DNA from: Spirochaetaceae bacterium
GTDB lineage: Bacteria > Spirochaetota > Spirochaetia > DSM-2461
Direction of reading: 5' to 3'
Length of the DNA stretch: 64,000 nt
NCBI GenBank assembly: GCA_051531975.1
Contig: JAOPTT010000001.1
Span: 96,001-160,000, forward strand
Positions 1-8,088 of this stretch are shown one piece after another. The notes under the pieces were generated by a model, which saw nothing but the letters and a program-made list of their open reading frames with translations, searched no databases and was not told the DNA's origin. A program made the translations under genes and the position numbers. Numbering within the stretch: the first letter of the stretch is position 1; each line of letters begins with the position of its first letter.

Positions 1-503
1 ACAGGTAACCATTCTAGGTTTAATGCAAATATAAGAATTGCGACAAGTCCAAAGAAAAACTGTGGTATAGATACACCTAACATACCTACAATAGTTAATG
101 TATTATCTGCTATGGAACCTTTATTTATAGCACTTATACAACCTAGAATACTTCCAAATATGGTTGAAAGAATCAGAGATACAAAAGCTAACTCTAACGT
201 TGCAGGTAGTCTATCAAAAACTATATTCTTAATTGGAACACCACTAGATATACTGTATCCAAAATCACCTTTAAGGATACCTTTTCCCCACTTAGCATAA
301 CGTATTAAAAATGGATCATTTAAGCCAAGAGATTCTCTTAATGCATCAAGTTTTTCCGGTGATAACTCTGCAGCTGCTTCTGGATCTATCAAAAATGATA
401 CTGCATCCCCAGGCATCAGGTCTAATCCTGTATAGATTAAGAAACTGATAATAATTAGCATAGGAATTAGAATTAAAATTCTTCTAATTGCATAGGATAA
501 CAT
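1..503 (-). CDS. ABC transporter permease, DppB/OppB family (runs off the window start)
   Basis: Not in the ORF track. Read by hand from ATG at 503 after RBS AGAGGAG: MLSYAIRRILILIPMLIIISFLIYTGLDLMPGDAV...LGLNDPFLIRYAKW...KGDFGYS...DRLPATLEL, the typical BPD_transp_1_N start. Lies downstream of a family-5 SBP. Confidence 0.9.
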   Translation of the reverse strand, partial: MLSYAIRRILILIPMLIIISFLIYTGLDLMPGDAVSFLIDPEAAAELSPEKLDALRESLGLNDPFLIRYAKWGKGILKGDFGYSISSGVPIKNIVFDRLPATLELAFVSLILSTIFGSILGCISAINKGSIADNTLTIVGMLGVSIPQFFFGLVAILIFALNLEWLP

Positions 504-533
504 AACTTTAAACTCCTCTTAATTGGATATAAC

Positions 534-557
534 CCCTGAAGTTTTTACACTTCAGGG
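534..557 (-). terminator. Stem-loop between SBP and permease genes (attenuator or mRNA stabiliser)
   Basis: Inverted repeat CCCTGAAG-N8-CTTCAGGG just after the SBP stop codon. Confidence 0.55.
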
Positions 558-578
558 AACTTAATTACTAAAAACTGA

Positions 579-2249
579 TTAGTTCTTTGGGAATTTATTT
601 ACGTAAAATAGTCTTGTATAAGGAATATCTACAGGAGTAACTCTCATGTTATCCATCTCTTCAAGTGCTATAACATCTGCAACACTTTTAGTAAAACCAT
701 AACTTAATTTTCCAGCCATAGCATTTTTAACTACGTTTCCATCATTTTCACCACTTGGGTAGATAACGATTTTATCGATACTAGTTGAACCGCCATAATA
801 ATTATCAGAAGGAACTAATACAATATAATCATTCATTTGAACTTCATCTATTTTATATGGACCATTTCCAATAGGAGACTGCCAGAAAGAACTCTGTTGG
901 AACTGTAAAGGATCAACTTTTCCTAAATGTTTTTTTGGCATTGGCGCGAATTGTGTAAATGTTAATAACATATTTGGATCAAGAGTATCAAAAGTAAAAG
1001 TAACAGTATTACCTTTAATTACTATTCCAGAAATGTCACTTGCACTTCCATCTAAAAATGCTGTTGCACCTTTTAATGATTTAAAGGTTGTAGAAAATAC
1101 AGAGTGAATTGTAGGAATCTGTAGAGCATACTCTACACTCCATTTAATATCTTCTGGAGTAAATTCTGCACCATCATGCCACATAATATTATCATTTAAA
1201 GTGAATACAACTTCTTTACCATCAGATGAAACTTTATAATCTTTTGCTAACTGTCCATCTTTTGCCATAATAGCTCCATTTGCTACTATTAAACGGTCAA
1301 AAAGAACTTTGTTATACATTTTGTGTCCAGGGTTAAACCATGGGTGCTCAAAGAATTCTACAGGAGCTGTGTTTGTATATAATACTTGCTCTCCATTTGA
1401 ATCAGCTTTTACAGTCCAGTCTGAAATACCCCAGTCATAGTTATACTGTGCATTTCCATACTCACCACCATTTCTATTTACATCTTTACTTTCGTAGATA
1501 AATAGTTGTTGGTAATAAAGAGGAATTAGTGGAAGATTTTTATTTACATATCTTTGTAACTCATAAAATGCAGCTTTTTGTTTATCAATATCAGCTGTTG
1601 CTTTAGTTGCTGCAATTAATGAATCTAACTCTGCAATTCCAGGTGTATGGGAGTTACCAGGTCCACCTGTAGGTAATTTACCATAATACTCATGCATTGC
1701 AAGAGCAGCACTTCCGGCATAAGCCATATCCCACTTAACATATGATGGGCCATTTACAGGATCAGATGGCGCTGTCCATAGTTGATCACCAATGTCACCT
1801 TCAAGTTTTCTAAAGTCCATTTTAACACCAACAGCCTGAAGATATGCTTGAGTAGCAGTCATTATATCAACTGTTAATTGATCTCCATAATAGAAAACAA
1901 CATCTAATGTATAATTTTTATCCCATCCAGCTTCTTTTAATAGTTCTTTAGCTTTTTCAGGATTGTAACTATAAGAGTTTAAACCATCTGTTTTCCATGG
2001 TCCGTTTGGAACCATACTGTTTGCAACAATTGCTTTACCCTCAAGAAGGGTATCTTTTATTGTTTCCATATCAATTGCGTATGAAATTGCCTGACGAATA
2101 CGATAATCTGAAAGTGGGTTACTATTTTGACCTTCCATAACCTCTTTAACTTCTGCTACTGCTGCAGGCTCATTTTGACCACTTGCAAAAATACCCATAC
2201 CTAAAGTTAACAATAGGCAGGAAACTACTAACAATTTGAATTTACTCAT
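579..2249 (-). CDS. Family-5 (OppA/DppA-like) ABC substrate-binding protein, circularly permuted
   Basis: Signal peptide. Motifs PLSDYRIRQAISYAID, YNPEKAKELLKEAG, LPLIPLY, LAKDYKVSSDGKEVVFTL..WHDG..FTPEDIKWS and PIGNGPYK are all present, but the two halves are in swapped order. Confidence 0.9.
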   Translation of the reverse strand: MSKFKLLVVSCLLLTLGMGIFASGQNEPAAVAEVKEVMEGQNSNPLSDYRIRQAISYAIDMETIKDTLLEGKAIVANSMVPNGPWKTDGLNSYSYNPEKAKELLKEAGWDKNYTLDVVFYYGDQLTVDIMTATQAYLQAVGVKMDFRKLEGDIGDQLWTAPSDPVNGPSYVKWDMAYAGSAALAMHEYYGKLPTGGPGNSHTPGIAELDSLIAATKATADIDKQKAAFYELQRYVNKNLPLIPLYYQQLFIYESKDVNRNGGEYGNAQYNYDWGISDWTVKADSNGEQVLYTNTAPVEFFEHPWFNPGHKMYNKVLFDRLIVANGAIMAKDGQLAKDYKVSSDGKEVVFTLNDNIMWHDGAEFTPEDIKWSVEYALQIPTIHSVFSTTFKSLKGATAFLDGSASDISGIVIKGNTVTFTFDTLDPNMLLTFTQFAPMPKKHLGKVDPLQFQQSSFWQSPIGNGPYKIDEVQMNDYIVLVPSDNYYGGSTSIDKIVIYPSGENDGNVVKNAMAGKLSYGFTKSVADVIALEEMDNMRVTPVDIPYTRLFYVNKFPKN

Positions 2250-2290
2250 AACATCTCCTTAAATTTAACTGAAATCAAAATGTATCCGAA

Positions 2291-2343
2291 TGTATACACA
2301 ATGTTTTCTTGTCTGGCTTTATTATTACATACATTTGTATACA
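2291..2343. promoter_or_regulatory. Two TGTATACA palindromes, candidate GntR-family operators
   Basis: TGTATACA at 2291-2298 and 2336-2343 in the divergent SBP/sulfatase intergenic region; the same octamer occurs at 10468 upstream of a GntR gene. Confidence 0.55.
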
Positions 2344-2356
2344 GTCAAGTCATTTC

Positions 2357-2385
2357 TTGCCAAATCTTATATTTAAATATACAAT
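2357..2385 (+). promoter_or_regulatory. Sigma70-type promoter for the sulfatase/URO-D operon
   Basis: TTGCCA-17 bp-TACAAT. Confidence 0.6.
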
Positions 2386-2430
2386 AACCTTAAATACTTA
2401 ATAAAACAGACTAAATATGAAGGAAGATAT

Positions 2431-4113
2431 ATGGAAAGCAGAGAAACATCTGGAATGAGTTCTGGAGCTAGTCATCAATTAAGGGTGGATCAACTTAAAA
2501 AAATTGAAAACCGTCCAAATATTCTATTAATAATGACTGACCAACAGAGAGCAGATACAATAAATGCCAGTGGTTCAGAGTTTATGATAACTCCAAATAT
2601 GGATCGTTTGGCTATAGATGGAAGGTTATATAAAAATGGATATTCACCAAACCCTATATGTATGCCTGCAAGACATAATATGTTAACAGGATTAACTGCC
2701 AGATATCATGGATACCCTGATAATGCATGGGGATTTGGTATGCCAGATGGTCTACCAACATTTCCAGAAATTTTATCAGATAATGGATATGAGACTAGAA
2801 CCATTGGGAAAAACCACTTTTATCCTCCAAGAAGGCACAATGGCTATCTTAATATGGAATTAATGCAGGAAGTTCCGGCCTTTAGGGAGCAAGATGAGTA
2901 CTTATTATATTTAAGAGATAATGGATTAGGAAATATACAAAACATTCATGGGGTTAGGAATTTACTCTATATGGTTCCACAGCAGTCTCAAATTCCTGAA
3001 GAGCATCATGGAACAACATGGGTAGCAAATAGAACAATAGATTTTATTGAATCAAACAATGGACGACATCCCTGGTTATTAAAAATGGGTTGGATTGCCC
3101 CACACCCTCCTTTTGATGTACCAAAAGAATTCGCAGACCTATATAAAGATGTAAAGTTTCCAGAACCACTAGTTTCTGAAACCCAGTTAAGTCCTTTAGC
3201 TGAAGAGAATAAACTTCTTGGAGATCTACCATCAAAACAATACATAAGACGGATGAAAGAGTTATATTATGGTGCTATATCCCATGTAGATCATCATCTT
3301 GGTAGAGTTCTAGATAGTTTGGAAAAAACAGATCAGCTTGATAATACCTTAATAATTTTTACTAGTGATCACGGGGAGATGTTAGGGGATTATTCTACTT
3401 ATCAGAAATGGCTACCATATAATGCCTGTTCAAAAATTCCTTTTATAATTCGTTATCCTAAAAAAATTAAACCAGGTGTTATAACTGAAGAGTTTGCAGA
3501 TCTAAACGACATTTTCCCAACAATACTTGAAGCTGCAGGCCTGAAATATCCAGGTAAGCATGAACTCCCCGGTGAGAGTTTAATAACAGATGATCCTAAA
3601 AAGGATAGAAACCAGCAGTATGTGGAGTATTCTGACGGTAATAGAAGATGGATTAGTCTAACAAACCATGATTATAAATATAACTACTACTTTGGTGGAG
3701 GTAGAGAAGAACTTTTTGATCTTAAAAATGATCCTGGTGAGTGTAGGAACCTAATGGAGTTCAAATTAAATACACGGCAACTACAGGCGAAAGATAAACT
3801 TAGAAAAGAGTTAATTAAAACTGAGGACAGATGGGGATTGATTGGCTCTATAGAGAATGGGGACTTAGTTGTAAGAGATAAATTTATACCTACTCCTTAT
3901 AGAAATAAGGCATTTCCTCTTTTCCCAGACAAACTAACAAATGCCAATGAGATTCAGTGTATGAATACACATATGGATGAAGTTATAGCTGTAACAGCCA
4001 ATGAAGATGTTGTTCATTTACAAGATTTAGACTTAAAAGTGTGGCAGTTAAACGGTAACTACAGTGATGAAGATATAGATACATTACTTAAAAAAGAGAA
4101 GGATAAAAAATGA
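2431..4113 (+). CDS. Cys-type (formylglycine-dependent) S1 sulfatase, cytoplasmic
   Basis: RPNILLIMTDQQR, CMPAR..MLTG (CxPxR), GKNH, PHPP, FTSDHGEMLG; no signal peptide. Confidence 0.93.
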   Translation: MESRETSGMSSGASHQLRVDQLKKIENRPNILLIMTDQQRADTINASGSEFMITPNMDRLAIDGRLYKNGYSPNPICMPARHNMLTGLTARYHGYPDNAWGFGMPDGLPTFPEILSDNGYETRTIGKNHFYPPRRHNGYLNMELMQEVPAFREQDEYLLYLRDNGLGNIQNIHGVRNLLYMVPQQSQIPEEHHGTTWVANRTIDFIESNNGRHPWLLKMGWIAPHPPFDVPKEFADLYKDVKFPEPLVSETQLSPLAEENKLLGDLPSKQYIRRMKELYYGAISHVDHHLGRVLDSLEKTDQLDNTLIIFTSDHGEMLGDYSTYQKWLPYNACSKIPFIIRYPKKIKPGVITEEFADLNDIFPTILEAAGLKYPGKHELPGESLITDDPKKDRNQQYVEYSDGNRRWISLTNHDYKYNYYFGGGREELFDLKNDPGECRNLMEFKLNTRQLQAKDKLRKELIKTEDRWGLIGSIENGDLVVRDKFIPTPYRNKAFPLFPDKLTNANEIQCMNTHMDEVIAVTANEDVVHLQDLDLKVWQLNGNYSDEDIDTLLKKEKDKK

Positions 4114-5177
4114 TAACATCTAAAACTAGAGTAATGGATACTCTTAACCACAAAGAAACTGATAGAACTCCCCTTATGTATCGGGATGTACCCGAAGTTA
4201 GACAGAGATTAAAAAAAGACCTAAATGTAACAACAGATGATGAGTTATATAAACTATTTGGAATAGATTTCCGATGGGTTGCTCCTGAATATATTGGTCC
4301 AGAATTAAACATATCAGAAACAGAGAAGATAGATCACTGGGGAATCGAGTGGCAATATACAAAATTTAGTGATAGTGCCGGATACTGGAATGAAAAATCA
4401 TTTCCTATGGAAAAAATAGATACAGTCATAGGTGCAGCTTCCTGGCCTATCCCGGATATTAAATCATGGAACTATTCAAACTTAAGCAGAGATTGTGATC
4501 TGTATAAAGACTATGCAATTATGACTGCGCCGGGTTTCAGCTCTCCAGGAATCCTACAATTCCCAATTCAATCTCTTCTTGGAACAGAGAAAAGCCTAAT
4601 GGATCTATATATAAATCCTGAATTTTACAAAGCTCTTATAAGCCGTGTATTAGAGTTTCAGATTCCCTTTATTGATAAGATGATGGAATCTGCAGACGGA
4701 AAGATAGATCTTTTTCGATTAGGTGATGACTTTGGAACACAGGAAGGCCTATTAATGGGATTAGACCAATGGAAAGAATTCTTTCAGCCAGCACTAAAAA
4801 AAATGGCTGATAAAGCTAAATGTTATGGGGCTAAATATTATCAACACTCCTGTGGAGCTATCCGGGAACTAATCCCATCATTTATCGAAACAGGTGTAGA
4901 TGTTATCGACCCGGTTCAGGTAAAAGCAAACGGAATGATTCCAAAGGAATTAAAAAAAGAATTTGGTAATAAAATATGTTTTTCAGGTGGTGTTGATGAG
5001 CAGGATCTCCTACCCCATGGAAGTGAAAAAGATGTTAGAGAAGCTGTTTGGAAGTTACTTGATGATATGAGTGGTAATGGAGGATTTATACTAGGGCCAA
5101 CCCACAATTTCCAGGATGATATTCCTACAAAAAATATTGTTGCCATGTATGAAGCAGTCCACAACTGGAAAGGATAA
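4110..5177 (+). CDS. Uroporphyrinogen decarboxylase-like (MtaA/CmuA methyltransferase superfamily) protein
   Basis: MTSKxRV..H.E.DR.P start, GDDFGTQ, QHSCGAI, GVD..DPVQ, FSGGVDEQ, GGFILGPTH; lacks the HemE RQAGR motif. Confidence 0.85.
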   Translation: MITSKTRVMDTLNHKETDRTPLMYRDVPEVRQRLKKDLNVTTDDELYKLFGIDFRWVAPEYIGPELNISETEKIDHWGIEWQYTKFSDSAGYWNEKSFPMEKIDTVIGAASWPIPDIKSWNYSNLSRDCDLYKDYAIMTAPGFSSPGILQFPIQSLLGTEKSLMDLYINPEFYKALISRVLEFQIPFIDKMMESADGKIDLFRLGDDFGTQEGLLMGLDQWKEFFQPALKKMADKAKCYGAKYYQHSCGAIRELIPSFIETGVDVIDPVQVKANGMIPKELKKEFGNKICFSGGVDEQDLLPHGSEKDVREAVWKLLDDMSGNGGFILGPTHNFQDDIPTKNIVAMYEAVHNWKG

Positions 5178-5210
5178 ATAGTTGGAGGAGTATTGTCCCT
5201 CCAGTTATTT
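5177..5210. terminator. Likely bidirectional terminator between the convergent URO-D-like genes
   Basis: TGGAGG-N9-CCTCCA stem with AT-rich flanks. Confidence 0.5.
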
Positions 5211-5211
5211 A

Positions 5212-6342
5212 TTACTTTATAGTTTTAAGCATCTTATTAAATTGTTCTAATGACATAGTTGGAGGTATAGAGTGATCAGTGTGACAAATCCAGCCTCCAT
5301 CTTTAAACATCTCTTTTCGTGTTGTTAATTCCTGCTGGAGTTGTTCACAATCCCCATCCAGAATATGAGCATCAATATTTCCATAAAATGCCAGTCTATT
5401 TTGATATTTATCTTTTAACTGCCTAATATCCAATCCTGCAGAGGCCTGTAGAGGATTCATAACCTTAACTCCACAATCGATAAAATCATCAAACATTATC
5501 TCAGCATTTCCACATGAGTGCATCCAGAAATCAATATCGTTTTCTTTAAGAAAAGTACCAAGTTCTTTAACCATATCTTTATATACAGATGCCCACATGG
5601 TTGGAGACATTAAAGGTCCGTTACTTCCACCTAAGTCATCAACCATAAAATATCCATCAGGTTTCATTCCTTCAGAAATAGACTTTTTTAAAACATCAAT
5701 TGTAAGATCCACATGAACTCTACCCATATCCCTCACCCATTCTGGTTCAAGGGCAACATCCATTAATAAGTTAGAGAAATCTCGATGTCTCCATGTAGCC
5801 TCCCATGGACCATAATTTTTGAATAGAATATACCTGCCATTGTTCTCCATAATATCAAACTTAATTTTTGCTTCTTTCCATGATGGATAATCATCAAAAT
5901 GTTCAAAATAGTTCTGATCATCAATTCTAGAAGATTCAGATGGATCTTCATTTAGTTTCCATCTGTGTTTTGTAGATTCCCAAGTCTCTATATCTTTAGT
6001 TTTAACAGATACGTAGTGAATTGAACCTGACTTCTTCCATGGTTTTTCTGCTGTATATCCATATCTATCCTCATAAATATAATAATCGTCTTTATGGGAT
6101 AATATTTTTTGTTCATACCTTGGAGAACAATCAAGATACATAACAGCGATATCAAAATCAAAATATTCATCAACGGCCTGGCTTTTATTATCATTTAATG
6201 ATGGAGGATATATAGTTATATTCTGTGGGAATCCCTGTTCCTTCCAAACCTCTAAAGTATCTGTCCAGAAATCCTCATGTACAGGTATTCTATCTGGTTT
6301 CTCCCAATTGATTGCCGCTTTTACTCTCTCTTTTGAAGTCAT
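5212..6342 (-). CDS. Second uroporphyrinogen decarboxylase-like protein
   Basis: MTSKERVKAAI..EKPDRIP, DDLG...GPLMSP, MHSCGN, NPLQ, FYGNID, HTDHSIP. Confidence 0.85.
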   Translation of the reverse strand: MTSKERVKAAINWEKPDRIPVHEDFWTDTLEVWKEQGFPQNITIYPPSLNDNKSQAVDEYFDFDIAVMYLDCSPRYEQKILSHKDDYYIYEDRYGYTAEKPWKKSGSIHYVSVKTKDIETWESTKHRWKLNEDPSESSRIDDQNYFEHFDDYPSWKEAKIKFDIMENNGRYILFKNYGPWEATWRHRDFSNLLMDVALEPEWVRDMGRVHVDLTIDVLKKSISEGMKPDGYFMVDDLGGSNGPLMSPTMWASVYKDMVKELGTFLKENDIDFWMHSCGNAEIMFDDFIDCGVKVMNPLQASAGLDIRQLKDKYQNRLAFYGNIDAHILDGDCEQLQQELTTRKEMFKDGGWICHTDHSIPPTMSLEQFNKMLKTIK

Positions 6343-6489
6343 GATCTTCTCCTGATAATTAGTGTGAATACTTTAATTATCTCATATCATTATCAGAATG
6401 TATTTGTTGTTTATTACCATAAACGCCTATTTTTTATCTTTAAAGAGTTTTTAAACTGTATTATAATATTTTTATTACCAGGAAGGTTT

Positions 6490-7263
6490 ATGGGATCATT
6501 TGCCACAATAATCAGTAAATATGGAAGTTTTAAAAAAAACTACAGATCAAATTTAATAAAATGGGACTACTGGGATCTGTTATTTGTACATTCAGGTGAG
6601 TTAACTATTTCTTTTAATAATATTTTAATAGTTGTAAAGCAGGGTCAATCAATTTTGATACCTCCTGGAACATATTTCACAATTACAAGTAGAAATTTTG
6701 AGACCACAGCGTCTGTTCAATATTTTAATTCTGATAATTCAGAAGTAAATAAAACACTGTGCAGATTTTCGAAACCATTATTACATAAAGATAAAGATGG
6801 TTTAGCTCTAGAATCCCACATTAAGGAATTAATTGAAGTATACGATAGTAATAAACATATATTAAAAAGACAGGAACTTCTTCTTGAATTAGTTTTAGAA
6901 AAGATATTAGCGGTAAAATATGGCAGAAAAGAATCAAATAGCCCCTGGTCTGATATTTCAATAAGATATAAAAACAGACTGTATAACCCACCATCTATTA
7001 CAGAAATTGCATCCTGGGCTGGTTATTCACCAAGCAGATTTAGGTTTATATTTAAAAGAGATACAGGTTTAAAACCAGCGGTATTCTTTTTTAACATAAA
7101 AATACAAAGTTCAGCCAAAATGTTAATAGAAACAGTTCTACCAATTAAAGAGATAAGTCAAAAACATGGATATAACGAAGTAGCTCATTTTAATCGGGCA
7201 TTTACTAGATTTTATAATATTAGCCCAGGTAAATATAGAAAAAAGAATACATTTTGCGGCTAA
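6490..7263 (+). CDS. AraC-family transcriptional regulator (cupin + HTH)
   Basis: C-terminal AraC HTH (IKEISQKHGYNEVAHFNRAFTRFYNISPGKYR). Start moved to ATG 6490 after GGAAGG. Confidence 0.88.
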   Translation: MGSFATIISKYGSFKKNYRSNLIKWDYWDLLFVHSGELTISFNNILIVVKQGQSILIPPGTYFTITSRNFETTASVQYFNSDNSEVNKTLCRFSKPLLHKDKDGLALESHIKELIEVYDSNKHILKRQELLLELVLEKILAVKYGRKESNSPWSDISIRYKNRLYNPPSITEIASWAGYSPSRFRFIFKRDTGLKPAVFFFNIKIQSSAKMLIETVLPIKEISQKHGYNEVAHFNRAFTRFYNISPGKYRKKNTFCG

Positions 7264-7274
7264 CTACATTTTTA

Positions 7275-7304
7275 TGTATAATACTGTATAATATTGTAGA
7301 ATAT
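7275..7304 (+). repeat. Three 10-bp-periodic direct repeats upstream of a GntR gene
   Basis: TGTATAATAC TGTATAATAT TGTAGAATAT at 7275, 7285 and 7295. Confidence 0.55.
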
Positions 7305-7366
7305 ACCTTCCCAATATAATAATTTTATTACTATAGTAAATAATACAGAGACAAGAGGTGGCAAAT

Positions 7367-8044
7367 ATGGCTAAAGAGAAAAAAGAGAAATCATCATATG
7401 AACTTTTAAAAGATTTAATTCTAAATTTCCATATTAAACCTAATGAGAGAATGACTGAAGTTTTTCTAGCTGAAAAAATGAATATGTCTCGAATCCCAGT
7501 CCGGGAGGCTATTCAACAACTTGTCCATGAGGGATTTATTGAACGTACCGGTAAAACTGGATATCAAATAAAAGAGTATAATGAACAGGATATTATTGAT
7601 TTATATAACTATAGAGAAGCTATGGATGGAATGTTAACTAGACTATTTACCCAGAGAGTTGATGAATCACAAATATACTTTCTTGGTATGAATGTTGAAT
7701 CAATGGGAAATAAACTTGAGGATTTTGACCATACTACGTTTTCAAAAATTGATCATGATTTTCATAGAATAATTGCCAGAGGTGCAAGAAACCGATACAT
7801 GGAGCACCAACATGAGATAATTCTTGAAAAAGTTTTGTACGTCGCTGATCTAGTTTTTAAAGTAGCAGAAGAGAAAGAAATAGAGTTATTAACTAAAGAT
7901 AGTTACCAAGAAACATATAAGCAGCACTGTGAAATATTTAAATACATAGAAGAGAAAAATCCTGATATGGCAGAAAAGACCGCTCGGGAGTCTGTTCAGA
8001 TAGGACTTAAAAAAGCACTGTTAGTCCTATCCAAACGTGGTTGA
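7367..8044 (+). CDS. GntR/FadR-family (FCD) transcriptional regulator
   Basis: wHTH LAEKMNMSRIPVREAI, FCD DHDFHRIIARGARN; ATG 7367 after GAGGTG. Confidence 0.92.
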   Translation: MAKEKKEKSSYELLKDLILNFHIKPNERMTEVFLAEKMNMSRIPVREAIQQLVHEGFIERTGKTGYQIKEYNEQDIIDLYNYREAMDGMLTRLFTQRVDESQIYFLGMNVESMGNKLEDFDHTTFSKIDHDFHRIIARGARNRYMEHQHEIILEKVLYVADLVFKVAEEKEIELLTKDSYQETYKQHCEIFKYIEEKNPDMAEKTARESVQIGLKKALLVLSKRG

Positions 8045-8088
8045 ATCAGATATAAAATACTGTAAATTACAAACATAATATTTTGATA

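Noticed and set aside
112..300. 62-aa plus-strand ORF
   Set aside because: Antisense shadow of the DppB-like permease on the minus strand.
4110..6342. Calling the URO-D-like genes hemE
   Set aside because: They lack the RQAGR substrate-binding motif and have no tetrapyrrole gene context.
6364..6489. N-terminal extension of the AraC ORF from GTG 6364
   Set aside because: It covers the divergent promoter region; ATG 6490 has an RBS and gives a normal AraC length.
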